In this document: piece after piece, positions 31,901-40,409 of the stretch
How positions within the stretch are numbered: position 1 is the first letter of the stretch
Layout of the letters: every line of letters starts with the position of its first letter
NCBI GenBank assembly: GCA_947485745.1
Contig: CANKQY010000001.1
Coordinates: 742 to 64,741, forward strand
Length of the DNA: 64,000 nt
DNA from: Bacteroidota bacterium
GTDB taxonomy: Bacteria; Bacteroidota; Bacteroidia; UKL13-3
Direction of reading: 5' to 3'
Position numbers and translations under genes: made by a program
Notes under the pieces: model-generated
The model's database searches: none
Told to the model about the DNA's origin: nothing
What the model saw: the letters and a program-made list of their open reading frames with translations, nothing else

Positions 31901-33277
31901 AGTACTATCTAATATTTTTCCAACGGTTACAGATTCTGGTTCTGGACCTTTGTTATCACTTCTATCATCTAAAGAGTTAGTTGTATGACCACAATTGAAG
32001 TTTGCAGGAAAAGTTGCCAATACACGTTGCTCAAATTCGTCTTTACTATCCCAAACCAAAGCTCCAGTTGAACCATTCCATATTGAAAAAGAACGGGCAC
32101 CATAAGTAAATATACTATCAAACTTACCATCGTTGTTAAAATCACCATAACGGTTAGTAACATTCAATCTTCCTAGAGCAGAACTGGCTTTAACAGCTGC
32201 AACTCCTGTTGCACCGCCAAATTTAGTGGTATCTAAAACATAAGCAACGTTGTTAACTCTTACCTCTTCGTTATTTGCTGTACCCCAATCTGCACGTGCA
32301 TCACCTTCATTGGCAGTAACAAAATAATTTTGGGTTCCAACTTTATAATTGGAAATACCATCTGGATTATACATTCCAAAAACAGGGTAATTTGCAATTC
32401 CAGCAGAAGCAGGTTGATCCGAAGGATCTAAACCATTGCCAGGTAAATTATGATTCTTAAATCCCAAAGGCATCAATGACGTTATGGTTGCAGTGTTGAT
32501 ATTTAATACTGCCACACAATTGTTTTCTTGGCATGTTACCCAAGCTGTTGTATTGTCGTCGGAGATAGTAAGATATTCTGGCTCCATGTCTTCTGCAACA
32601 GTTGAATTGCGTAAAAACGCACCACCAATTGTTTGTATCCTTCCAAATACCCTAATTTTTGAATCTAATGGTGTTGGTGCATTAAAGGCTGTAAAACCAG
32701 CAGTTTGCACATTGGCTTGCGTTAAAGATGCCGCACCATTGCTCAAATCAATGATAGATACTGAACCTTCTGGATCAATAGTGTAACCAACATTAGGCTC
32801 ACCTTCATTGGCAACCAATAGCTTTAAACCATTGGAGGTAAATGCCAAATTATCAGCATTTGCACCTGCTTTAACCTTGTTAATGAAATTTCCATTGTTG
32901 TCTAAAAACACAATAGAACTTGGATTCGTTTTGCCATTTGAATCGATTACTGCAATAGCAAACAAACCTTTTTTGTTACAAGCAACAGAAGTAACATCAA
33001 TACCATAAGGCTTAACTGAAACTGTTGAAACCAATACTGGATTTGATGGATTTGCAATGTTTACAATCTTGATGCTAGAATCAGGACCATTGATTACAAA
33101 CATACGTTTTGAGCCAGGGTCGAATGCAGAAATTTCTGCCACTCCCCCATTGCTGTTGTAAGTACCAATAGAATAGCGCCCTAATAATTGAGCTCTAATT
33201 TGCGCTTCACTGTTAGTATTAAATCCTAAGAGCAATGCGAGTAATAACACACACTTGAATTGGAAAAATATTTTCAT
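25925..33277 (-). CDS. 2450-aa secreted multi-domain phosphatase: choice-of-anchor I propeller, phytase-like esterase, 5'-nucleotidase, PhoX/DUF839-like propeller, Ig-like domains, type A T9SS CTD
   Basis: VANEGEP/DDRSDNKGPEPE/DLGPEG; SDRG/DPEGL/NRGFEG/KAEGL/NDNDFG; HASD/GNHEFD/GGSH/NGGGIR/FPQVGG; RFCSSD/WENS/RPEDG/DNM/QED; C-terminal APNPY...GMYLVRI...KRIVESK. Confidence 0.85.
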   Translation of the reverse strand: MKIFFQFKCVLLLALLLGFNTNSEAQIRAQLLGRYSIGTYNSNGGVAEISAFDPGSKRMFVINGPDSSIKIVNIANPSNPVLVSTVSVKPYGIDVTSVACNKKGLFAIAVIDSNGKTNPSSIVFLDNNGNFINKVKAGANADNLAFTSNGLKLLVANEGEPNVGYTIDPEGSVSIIDLSNGAASLTQANVQTAGFTAFNAPTPLDSKIRVFGRIQTIGGAFLRNSTVAEDMEPEYLTISDDNTTAWVTCQENNCVAVLNINTATITSLMPLGFKNHNLPGNGLDPSDQPASAGIANYPVFGMYNPDGISNYKVGTQNYFVTANEGDARADWGTANNEEVRVNNVAYVLDTTKFGGATGVAAVKASSALGRLNVTNRYGDFNNDGKFDSIFTYGARSFSIWNGSTGALVWDSKDEFEQRVLATFPANFNCGHTTNSLDDRSDNKGPEPESVTVGKILDSTYAFVGLERVGGIMIYNITNPANPYFVQYINTRNFGVTPNQTNLAAVGDLGPEGIVFIPASESPNGVNMIMLSNEVSGTVALFSITTPETEGISKLEDYINNNSPAIGTFQGINYKEAGFSSLFPIPNTNGTEFWTCSDRGVNIDCANANTASCRPTYDKLYAFPTYSPKIHRIRIAGDSIQILQSITIKRPNGAGATGIINPTGLGSTAAEVASTDTVLNCANFSLKTTPKDTFGIDPEGLVVDKNGHFWLCEEGGATIWKLNQNGVLLNRYTPYANLDGKQAVDIQIDSVFKYRKNNRGFEGISIAPNGKIYAMIQSGIQYPNVTIGDNTRIHRILEIDPTTNNQRMLVYLNDGIIGTGGNQIRLRDWKIGDMAAVNDSIFLVLEAAARGTTDIKRLYQINIKQATAVTSGLYGSLTLEGLVDSTGLANYGIKPVTKTLVMDLLASGWPAALDKAEGLAIINDSTIAINNDNDFGQTSPLANGIATATGNLSHLITYRLSGAKKLANYRLAAPTFTLQILHASDMESGIDAPIDAPNFAAVMDTLEGSYLNTVKLASGDCFIPSPFLAAGEDPSMQTPLRNTASFYYGGTQAIRAAIGRTDVAMMNIMGFQGSAFGNHEFDLGTPEVNSIIGVDIRSNGADKRWIGAQFPYLSANLNFANDINLSYLTTNQRLLVDSFKTSPTITANSQKKGIAPSAIIQLNGDRVGIVGATTQLLASISSPGATTVLGGSSDNMPALAAVLQPVIDSLRAMGINKIILMSHLQQLANEKALAPLLKGVDIIIAGGSHSLCADGNDRIRPGTPVADRYPILTLNNDNEPLAILNTTSEWKYVGRFVCDFDALGRLLPNMLDSTINGAYAADTAMVTSLWGNYNAAFAAGTKGGAVRTLTTAIASVINSKDGNKFGKTNVFLEGRRNFVRTEETNFGDLSADANLWYARQYDNQVKVSIKNGGGIRSAIGNVNAVGSTTILEKTLANPSAGKASGDISQLDIENSLRFNNGLSIVRTNAAGLKRLLEHGISATIPGATPGQFPQVGGVAFSYDTTKVVGNRIQSLVIIDSLGNKIDTIAKEGKLFGDTTRTYKIVTLDFLANGGDNYPFPANTNFRVNLDTAIKVPGVATFTTIGKEQDAFAEYMATKFTSNPFNVRDTNLKGDFRIQLLNTRQEGLIIPNSGPSSSQSPYLLPVAPGVRTTAILTAGDKVGNYMMAGTPDGTGAYDNGNGTFTFLVSHEFGNTLGVNRAHGAKGAFVSKWVINKSNLSVVSGSDLIQKVNLWNGTGYTLYNPADTSSKKAFNRFCSSDLPAVSAFYNATTGLGTQERIFMNGEEAGAEGRAFANIVSGVNAGTTYELPYLGKFSWENSIASPVAQNKTIVVGTDDATPGQVYFYIGNKTNTGTEIEKAGLSNGRLYGVAVAGLTAEISASIPAANTAFTMVDLGIVRDSSGAALNAKSNALGVTNFLRPEDGHWDPSNPNDFYFVTTNSFTAPSRLWRLRMSDIKTPELGGTITAVLDGTEGPKMMDNMTIDNYGNILLQEDPGNQSYLSRIWQYNIATDAVKVIAVHDSTRFVAGAPNFLTQDEEASGIIDMQSILGAGMFLMVDQAHYGVGGEQVEGGQILSLYNPDTYNANPEINVKSNSVNIPNGLTTPNVNTQFGIAATGSSETKTFIVENIANGNLTIKNIEITGVNASEFSIVSPSTMPANVNGNSTLSVIVRFTPKASGNRNATLVLTSNDFDEPTYSFAIQGTGVCTSPIVAVTYVGSNSFCDGDSVVLNASNSSTFSYQWSKSGVAINGANASKYTAKETGNFTVMVTDTFACSANSSAVGVIVNPIPAKPSISRSGDVLTSSLESNYQWYLNGGIINGATARNYTATTKGSYNVKVTNAAGCASVLSDSLSFIPTGLNLYQAINQVSIAPNPYTDFTNIQLGLNSNSFVRIEVVSTLGVLVEVLEEKQLSAGNHAYTFGAKEHGFAAGMYLVRITVDGETVVKRIVESK

Positions 33278-33297
33278 GGATAATAAATTTTACCTAT

Positions 33298-33352
33298 CAA
33301 AAATGTTGTTGGTATGTGTCTAAATTGTTACCGCTATTTAAACAAATAGTTA
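33298..33352 (-). promoter_or_regulatory. -7-like element plus 11-bp-periodic TAACA-like array (putative Pho box)
   Basis: Minus CATTTTTG at 33298-33305; + strand TGTTA at 33326 and AGTTA at 33348, with degenerate units at 33315 and 33337. Confidence 0.5.
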
Positions 33353-33461
33353 GGAAAAGAAATTTTTACAATTATAAAAATAGGATAACAATTAAATAAC
33401 TAAAAGTTAAATTTAAATTGATATTTTATTAATAATAGATTCTGCCTGATACTGTTTTATT

Positions 33462-34127
33462 TTACCTATCCCAACATTCCATCATTAACAGATTGCCTTC
33501 TTGGTAGTGAATAGAAATTGTGCCATCAACTAAAGCCTCGTTGCTACTCCCAGATTTAAACCCTATTGCTAAATCTTCATTGTGAAGGTTGTATTTTAAA
33601 CCATGTGTGGTAATACCTTTAACCACTCCTATTGGAATTAAAGAGATAGGCGTTCCTTTCACATACCATTTATCGAACGAATTGGGCAAGCAATAAATTT
33701 TGGAATAATCATCGTACATCACCAATGTTGCTTCATCCTTATACCTTACCAAATTTGTTACATTATTGATGGTATGATCTGCTCTCCTGCCTGTAGCCCA
33801 AACAATATTAATCGCTTTATGATTTCTACTCAACAACAAATCAATTCCTTTCTCTAAATCTGTTTTATTTTGATCTGGCGTATGTATAATTTCTACCGGT
33901 TGTTGGTGCGCCAAAAATTGCTCAGGATGATGCTCTCTGTCAAAATCTCCCAATACAATATCAATCTTAATACCTAGCTCCAAAACACGCTCTAAAGCGC
34001 CATCTAATACCATTACTGTCGGACTCCATTCCAATAATTGGTTCAGCAAATCTATGCTGCAAGCTTCGCCATTGGCAATGATCAATGCAGGTTCTTGGGT
34101 ATCTCTAACAACGTGATGCGACGACAT
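33462..34127 (-). CDS. thiN: Thiamine diphosphokinase
   Basis: IIANG, LDGA, LGDFD, DQNKTDLEKG, GRRADH, SSNE. Start set at MSSHHVVR. Confidence 0.92.
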   Translation of the reverse strand: MSSHHVVRDTQEPALIIANGEACSIDLLNQLLEWSPTVMVLDGALERVLELGIKIDIVLGDFDREHHPEQFLAHQQPVEIIHTPDQNKTDLEKGIDLLLSRNHKAINIVWATGRRADHTINNVTNLVRYKDEATLVMYDDYSKIYCLPNSFDKWYVKGTPISLIPIGVVKGITTHGLKYNLHNEDLAIGFKSGSSNEALVDGTISIHYQEGNLLMMECWDR

Positions 34128-34167
34128 ACTGCGAAGATGCAATATTTTTGGCATCTAAATACCAATC

Positions 34168-35838
34168 TTATGCCAATTCTTTTTCGAGCTTTAATTCCCC
34201 GGCAAATGTGGCTTTTCTTGTGCCAGAATACTGCATCACAACCACATTTGGTTCAGGCAATATTTGATTGGTTTTAATAAAATGGCCTAGATTAAAACTA
34301 ATAGGTAGTACAATAAACCTGTATAAATGTTGGTTCAATTTGAGCTCCGAAATTGCTTGTGATTTAAGTGTTCTATCTACCTCTTCCAAAAACATAGTTT
34401 TAGGTTTTACTTTAAAATGCAAGTAATAATCAATGGCTATCAACTCCTGCAAATATTCGTCGTTAGGGTATTTATGCAAACAAAATGAGGCCAATAATTC
34501 AAAGCTTTCATCTAAAGTATGTTTGTGAAAATGGCTTCGCTGGCTGAACCAATCTCCTAATTCAGAAAAGAATTGAAACATGCCACCTAAGGTTTCTACA
34601 TAAAGCATGGTGTGTATTGCACGCTTTTTATTCCAATACAACTCCATTGCTTCTTCCAACATGGTTACTTGTATCAATTCATCCTTACTCAAATAGTTAC
34701 TCTCAATTATTTGGTAAGGCGGATTTGGGTCGAACCGAAAACCATATTGCTCATATTTTTCGCGCACCGGTGTGCCTTTTAAGAACTTTAAGAAGCCCAA
34801 TTGCAGCTCTGGTGGATGCAGTGCAAATACTTGCTCAAAGCTATAGGCAATGTCGTCTATGTAATCCAATGGCAAGCCAACGATTAAGTCGAGGTGCATT
34901 TCTAAATAATCTTGCAATTGCAAAATAACTCCTTTTGTCTTTTCAAAATTCTGCTTCCTGCTTACCTCCAAATTGGCTTTTTGATTGACCGTTTGTATGC
35001 CAATCTCAAAGCGAAACAAGCCTTTGGGGACTTTCTCTTGTATAAACTTAATGATATCGGGATGCACAATATCAGCAGTGATTTCAAATTGAAAAACATT
35101 ACCAGGTTTGTGGTGATCCAAAATAAATTGGAAGATATCGAGTGTGAAATCCTTTTTAACATTAAAGGTCCTATCTAAAAATTTGATCACCTTTCCATGC
35201 TCCATTAAGAACAACAAATTTTCTTTGATAGTTGCTGTGGGCAGGTAACGTACTTTGTTGTCTAAACTCGCTAAACAAAACTCACATTTATACGGGCAAC
35301 CCCTGGAGGTTTCCATATAGCTTACTTTGTTTTTTATCGCATCGGTTGGTTCAAACAGGTATGGGTTGAAACCTTCCAAAGTATTGATATCAAAACTTTC
35401 GGCAGAAGGGGTGTATTTTACTTTTCCATCTTGCTTATAAACCAAATTGCCAATGCTTGATACATTTGGATAGTGATTTAAAAAATCAGCAAAAGGAATT
35501 TCACCTTCACCAGCAATGATAAAATCTACTTCTGGCAACTTTATAACATCATTCCAATCATAGCTCACTTCTGGTCCGCCGAGCAAAATTTTAATACCCG
35601 GATTTATCTCTTTTAAAAGTCTTGCTACAGCTAATGTTTGGGTAATGTTCCATATATAGCAACTGAAAGCCACTACTTCATAGTCCTTGCATGCCTTGGC
35701 AATTTCTTTGGGGTCTTCCTTTATGGCAAATTCCTTCCAATCGAGCCCTTCATGTTTTTGGTTCAAACCGTAAAGAATACGAATGGCCAAATTCATGTGA
35801 ATATATTTGGCATTGAGCGTAGTTAACAAAATGCGCAT
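34168..35838 (-). CDS. B12-binding radical SAM protein with DUF4080-like C-terminus
   Basis: NAKYIH, FSCYIWNI, GGPEVS, ETSRGCPYKCEFC (CxxxCxxC), DRTFN. Confidence 0.93.
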   Translation of the reverse strand: MRILLTTLNAKYIHMNLAIRILYGLNQKHEGLDWKEFAIKEDPKEIAKACKDYEVVAFSCYIWNITQTLAVARLLKEINPGIKILLGGPEVSYDWNDVIKLPEVDFIIAGEGEIPFADFLNHYPNVSSIGNLVYKQDGKVKYTPSAESFDINTLEGFNPYLFEPTDAIKNKVSYMETSRGCPYKCEFCLASLDNKVRYLPTATIKENLLFLMEHGKVIKFLDRTFNVKKDFTLDIFQFILDHHKPGNVFQFEITADIVHPDIIKFIQEKVPKGLFRFEIGIQTVNQKANLEVSRKQNFEKTKGVILQLQDYLEMHLDLIVGLPLDYIDDIAYSFEQVFALHPPELQLGFLKFLKGTPVREKYEQYGFRFDPNPPYQIIESNYLSKDELIQVTMLEEAMELYWNKKRAIHTMLYVETLGGMFQFFSELGDWFSQRSHFHKHTLDESFELLASFCLHKYPNDEYLQELIAIDYYLHFKVKPKTMFLEEVDRTLKSQAISELKLNQHLYRFIVLPISFNLGHFIKTNQILPEPNVVVMQYSGTRKATFAGELKLEKELA

Positions 35839-37046
35839 TATGAGTTTGGACTTAATTGGCGGTAAAAATCTAGTTTCTTTTGTATAAGCACCTTGTTGTC
35901 GTAATTTAACCTCACCAAATTGGTTGCATTGTTTCCAATCCGTTCAATTTCGCTTATATTTTTAAGAAGGTATTCTATTTTCTCTTTAAACTCATCGGCT
36001 GTATTGGCAATGAGAATATGCTCGCCATCAACAGCGTTTATACCTTGCGCACCAAGACTTGTAGACACAATGCACTTACCCAAAGCCATGCCTTCCATAA
36101 TTTTAACTCTGATACCGCTACCCGAAAATAATGGAACAACCATGATTGCCTTTTCGTTCATGAGTTGCATGGCACTGTCTATTTCACCGAGAATTCTGAT
36201 ATTGTTTTGGTTATTGTAATCATAAAATTCTACAGGAAAATTTCGGCCTGCCAAATAGAAATGTAAAGTTGGGTAATCCAATGAAATATCTGCCCAAACC
36301 TCTTGTATGAACCAATTCATGGCCTCTTGATTTGGCAACCAATCCATGGAACCTAGGTGAAAGAGGCTAGGCATTTCTAGGTTTTCATTGTTAATGATTA
36401 ACTTTTCTGTGTTTACCCCAAAAGGGAAAATGCCTACAGGAATTTTGCAATTATCAGTACACATGGTATCAAAATCTGTTTGCGTAAAAACTGTTATTCC
36501 ATCAAATTGGTTCAGCATAGAAAGCTCGTATTTTTTTAACCTCAAAGCCAACAACCTAAGATAAGAGTGTTTAATAATATTACCTTGATGTTGCGCTAAA
36601 TTTTCCCAAATTTTATACTCTATGTTGTGCTGGCGTAAAACACAAGGAGCTTTGCTATTTGCGCGAATGGCGGCTAAATAGGGAGCAACAAAAATACTTT
36701 CAAAAACTATGACATCAAATTCTTTGGACTTGCAAATATCAATGAGTTGCTTTTCAAATTCGTCGCTAATAAACCTATCCACATGATAAGAGCGCTTGCT
36801 AAATAGGTTTAATAAGGCATCTTTCGCTTTGATCCTATTGTCGATATAGGTTAAATGAATATCTGCCATAGCCTTTACCTGCTCTGGCAAAGTATCGTAA
36901 TCAATAAAATGCTTTTCGGTATTTAGGGCAGCCATAGTAAGCTCAACACCAGCTTCTTGGTAACCTTTACTTTCATTGAAATTTGCCAATGCCCCACCGT
37001 CTTTAAGGGGCCAGGGGAAGCGATTAAATATTTGAAGGATTTTCAT
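35838..37046 (-). CDS. Glycosyltransferase family 4 (GT-B)
   Basis: Start moved to ATG 37046 (MKILQIFNRFPWPLKDGG); HNIE, GSMDWLPN, SGSGIRVKIMEGMALG. Confidence 0.92.
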   Translation of the reverse strand: MKILQIFNRFPWPLKDGGALANFNESKGYQEAGVELTMAALNTEKHFIDYDTLPEQVKAMADIHLTYIDNRIKAKDALLNLFSKRSYHVDRFISDEFEKQLIDICKSKEFDVIVFESIFVAPYLAAIRANSKAPCVLRQHNIEYKIWENLAQHQGNIIKHSYLRLLALRLKKYELSMLNQFDGITVFTQTDFDTMCTDNCKIPVGIFPFGVNTEKLIINNENLEMPSLFHLGSMDWLPNQEAMNWFIQEVWADISLDYPTLHFYLAGRNFPVEFYDYNNQNNIRILGEIDSAMQLMNEKAIMVVPLFSGSGIRVKIMEGMALGKCIVSTSLGAQGINAVDGEHILIANTADEFKEKIEYLLKNISEIERIGNNATNLVRLNYDNKVLIQKKLDFYRQLSPNS

Positions 37047-37063
37047 TGATGAAGCAAAGAAAG

Positions 37064-37130
37064 TGAAAAGGAAGGAGAAAGGGAAGAAAGGGAAGGAGAA
37101 AGAGAAGGAGAAAGGGAAAGGGATGGGGAG
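37064..37130 (+). repeat. Polypurine low-complexity tract (G(A/G)GAA(A/G) hexamer-like)
   Basis: About 67 nt almost entirely A/G. Confidence 0.85.
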
Positions 37131-37624
37131 ATTTTTTGGACTAATTGGCTGCGCGAGGGTGTTAGGCGGGGTCACTCCTGCTCTAGCTGACTATCAGGCA
37201 AGAGAATTTTAAGCTCGGTGCGTCTATTAAGTTGGTGCTCTTCCTCCGTGCAATCAACGCCATTGGAACAATGATTTATAAGACGGGTTTCGCCGTATCC
37301 TTTGGCTATAATTTTGTCTTTTGGAATGCCTTTGGCTATAATATATTTCACACAACTGTTTGAACGACGTTGGGATAATTTAATATTATACTCATCACTT
37401 TCTCTGCTATCGGTGTGGGACGATAATTCAACTAATCAAAATTGAATCATTTTTTTCATGTTTTGTTGTTTTATTTTTTCTTAGTATTAGTTTAGGATAG
37501 TGTAATTTTATGAAATAGGTAAAGCGGAGCCGAAGCAGAATAAATATAATAACTATTGCAAAAATGTAGCTATCATTAAAATGGCTATTGATGTATTGAA
37601 ATAGTACTTAATCATTTTTGCACT

Positions 37625-39061
37625 TTGATTTTTTTGTTTTCTCTTGCAAAGCCACAAATTGGAAGTTTAGATAATACCTTTGGTATTGTAACAACAAATG
37701 GTGGTATGAAAACATGTCTGCAGGATAGAAGCAATGCTACCGCCATTCAAAGTGATGGTAAAATTGTGGTAGCAGGCACAAGCAATGATAAATATGCTTT
37801 AATTCGTTATAATACCAATGGCAGCTTAGATGCGACTTTTGGGATTGGTGGAATTGTGGCAACTGATATAGGTTATTCTATTAACTCCATAGCCATTCAA
37901 AGTGATGGTAAAATTGTGGCAGCTGGTCAAGGTTCCCCATTAATCCGCTTCAATACCAATGGAAGCTTCGATGCAACATTTGGTAATGGCGGGACTGCAA
38001 TTATTGGAGGCGACGCTATTGCCAATGCTATAACTATCCAAAATGATGGTAAAATAATTGTGGTATGTGAATCTCAGGGCAGTACATATATTTCTTTATT
38101 ACGTTTCACTGCCAACGGAACTTTAGACAGCTCATTTGGGTCCAATGGAATTGCAACTAAATCTGGTTTAGGTGGCCGCGCTTTAGCCATTCAAAGTGAC
38201 GGCAAAATTGCGGTGGCTGGGTTTATCGTGAAAGTTACCTCGACAGGAGGCACAGCTTATGAGTTTGCCTTAGTCCGTTATTATACCAATGGTAGTTTGG
38301 ATAGCACTTTTGGGACTGGCGGAATTGTTTCTTCAGATTTTGGTAGTTTTGCTATTGCTGAAGCTATAGCCATTCAAAGTAACGGTAAATTTTTGCTGGC
38401 TGGTGAGGGTTTTGTGTTGGCTCGTTATAATACCAACGGAAGTTTAGATAGCACTTTTGGTAATAATGGAATAGTAAATACAAATATTTCAGATGTAAAA
38501 AAAGTTAATTCCTTAGTTATTCAAAGTGATGGTAAAATTATAGCTGGGGGATATAGCATTCAGGGGTCTAATTTTGCTTTGAATTTGACCGTAGTCCGTT
38601 ATAAAATAAATGGCAGTTTAGACAGCACTTTTGGTAATACGGGAATTGTCTCAACTCCAGTTGGCAATCATAATACTGATCTTCATTCTATTAAAAGTGC
38701 GCTTGCCATTCAAACTGATGGTAAAATTATTATAGCGGGTTTTAGCGCATTTAACAATAACTACGATTTTGCTTTAGTTCGTTATCACAATGATAATACA
38801 TTAGGAATGAACGTAATAGGAAATCAAAATACAAAAATAAACATTTATCCCAACCCCACCCAAAATCAAATCAATATTAATGTTCCTGTAAAATCACTCG
38901 GTTCAAATTATTCAGTTAATGACTTTACAGGAAAAGTAGTACTTGAAGGAAAAATAGATTCAGAAAACACAACAGTTGAATTGGCTCATTTACCCTCAGG
39001 CATTTATTTTTTGCGTGTTGGAGAAAATTTGAAACAAACATTTAAAGTGATAAAAGAATAA
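37625..39061 (+). CDS. Delta-60 repeat (beta-propeller) protein with type A T9SS CTD; N-terminus possibly damaged
   Basis: Seven AIQSDGKIVxAG...RYNTNGSLDxTFG-type units; C-terminal IYPNP...GIYFLRV...FKVIKE. The ORF opens at a TTG within the signal-peptide h-region. Confidence 0.85.
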   Translation: MIFLFSLAKPQIGSLDNTFGIVTTNGGMKTCLQDRSNATAIQSDGKIVVAGTSNDKYALIRYNTNGSLDATFGIGGIVATDIGYSINSIAIQSDGKIVAAGQGSPLIRFNTNGSFDATFGNGGTAIIGGDAIANAITIQNDGKIIVVCESQGSTYISLLRFTANGTLDSSFGSNGIATKSGLGGRALAIQSDGKIAVAGFIVKVTSTGGTAYEFALVRYYTNGSLDSTFGTGGIVSSDFGSFAIAEAIAIQSNGKFLLAGEGFVLARYNTNGSLDSTFGNNGIVNTNISDVKKVNSLVIQSDGKIIAGGYSIQGSNFALNLTVVRYKINGSLDSTFGNTGIVSTPVGNHNTDLHSIKSALAIQTDGKIIIAGFSAFNNNYDFALVRYHNDNTLGMNVIGNQNTKINIYPNPTQNQININVPVKSLGSNYSVNDFTGKVVLEGKIDSENTTVELAHLPSGIYFLRVGENLKQTFKVIKE

Positions 39062-39280
39062 AACAGTGTATTTATAATATTTTCAGTATAAAATGTAAAG
39101 AATCCTTTAAATAATTTGCTCACCAAAGACTTTATTAACGCCAGCTAGTGCTTTCATTAGTGATTCGTATTTGGAGTTTGGATTGCAAAAAAGTGAAATC
39201 TGCTTTTGCTCACTTGAAACGAAATCCATCAACATAACTCCTGCTCCCCTCGTTCGCCAAAGCCCTGGCGTAGAAGAACT

Positions 39281-39360
39281 TTCTCCTTCTCTTTCTCTTT
39301 CTCCTTCTCTTTCTCTTTCCCTTTCTCTTTCTCTTTCTCTTTCTCTTTCTCCTTCTCCTC
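39281..39360 (+). repeat. Polypyrimidine (TTCTCT/TTCTCC)n microsatellite, about 13 units
   Basis: 80 nt of only C/T in hexamer period. Confidence 0.9.
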
Positions 39361-39441
39361 GCGGCGCTAACGACCCGCTTTTGAATTCATGCTTAAAATT
39401 TTTAATCTTTAAGGCTTGTGGTTTATTTCTTGAATTGTATT

Positions 39442-40074
39442 TTAATCTATTAGATAATACTGCTCGTCATTTACGAAATTTTCATATTGAATTATTCCAT
39501 GAGCGGCATTAAAGTATATTCTATAGCGTTTAGCAGCTGTATTTGGGTATGTAATTACCCAACCAATTCCATAGTTCTTACCTCGACAAATAATGGAATC
39601 GGATTGCGAATTACCTGCCGCTACTGAAGAACCGAAATCATAAAAGTCGAAATTATCGTTATTAAAGGATATTTTCAAATTGGTAAAATCCCTATCACCA
39701 TCATATAAATTCGGAGCGTAATTACCCTCAATTTTAATCAAGTCGATTCTTCTAACATCCCTTGAATTTTTGAAAGTATAGTATTTATACTGAGTAAATT
39801 CACTCGACGTGCATTTTGATTCCAGGTCTTTAATCTCCTCCTTTAAAAAAAAATATGGCGAATCGGCTGTGAATGCAACAGAGTCAATAAAAAGACCCTT
39901 ATAATAATGCACGTAATTACTAACTTTACCTTTTTCTATCTGAAAGTAGTCCGCAACTCCAGGCTTAATTATTTTATACGTAATTCTACGACTACAATCT
40001 CGGTTGCAAGCAAATAATCCTGTAAGCAAGAATAATGCTAAAATTCGCCATTTAAAGTCTTTACTACACACCAT
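39442..40074 (-). CDS. Hypothetical lipoprotein
   Basis: Hydrophobic stretch ending in lipobox LFAC; no recognisable domain. Confidence 0.65.
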   Translation of the reverse strand: MVCSKDFKWRILALFLLTGLFACNRDCSRRITYKIIKPGVADYFQIEKGKVSNYVHYYKGLFIDSVAFTADSPYFFLKEEIKDLESKCTSSEFTQYKYYTFKNSRDVRRIDLIKIEGNYAPNLYDGDRDFTNLKISFNNDNFDFYDFGSSVAAGNSQSDSIICRGKNYGIGWVITYPNTAAKRYRIYFNAAHGIIQYENFVNDEQYYLID

Positions 40075-40117
40075 TCAAACATACAAAAGTTTAGACATAT
40101 TAAGATATTTACGGTTT

Positions 40118-40306
40118 TTATCTTTTATTTTCTTGCTTTTGTTTCAATGCAGCCTTTTTTACATTGTACCATGCATAAAAGTTATATCCTACTCCAACTA
40201 ATGAAATAATACCACCAATCAAAATTACTTCAGGATTTAAAAAACTTGCACTAATAACGGCAAAAGTTGCACCACCTACTGAATAAGTAGAGATGTAGTT
40301 TAGCAA
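40118..40306 (-). CDS. Small hypothetical membrane protein or gene remnant
   Basis: 62 aa, two hydrophobic segments and a basic tail; weak start codon. Confidence 0.3.
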   Translation of the reverse strand: MLNYISTYSVGGATFAVISASFLNPEVILIGGIISLVGVGYNFYAWYNVKKAALKQKQENKR

Positions 40307-40409
40307 AGACTTACGTTTTTACTACTTTCAGTACTTTTGAATTAATTGGTGGAATTAGTTTTAAATTTTAAATTGACCTATAAGTGAGTCATAAACTAAT
40401 TTAATTTTA

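Noticed and set aside
37047..37175. N-terminal extension of the GT4 ORF (PFPFSFSF...)
   Set aside because: Translation of the purine tract; the family-typical start is MKILQ at 37046.
37161..39238. Integron attC-like cores (GTTAGGC at 37161, ACATAAC at 39232)
   Set aside because: No complete attC with paired R and L boxes and no integrase; 7-mers alone are insufficient.
39171..39512. 113-aa ORF with SLSLSP repeats
   Set aside because: Read-through of the (TTCTCT)n microsatellite.
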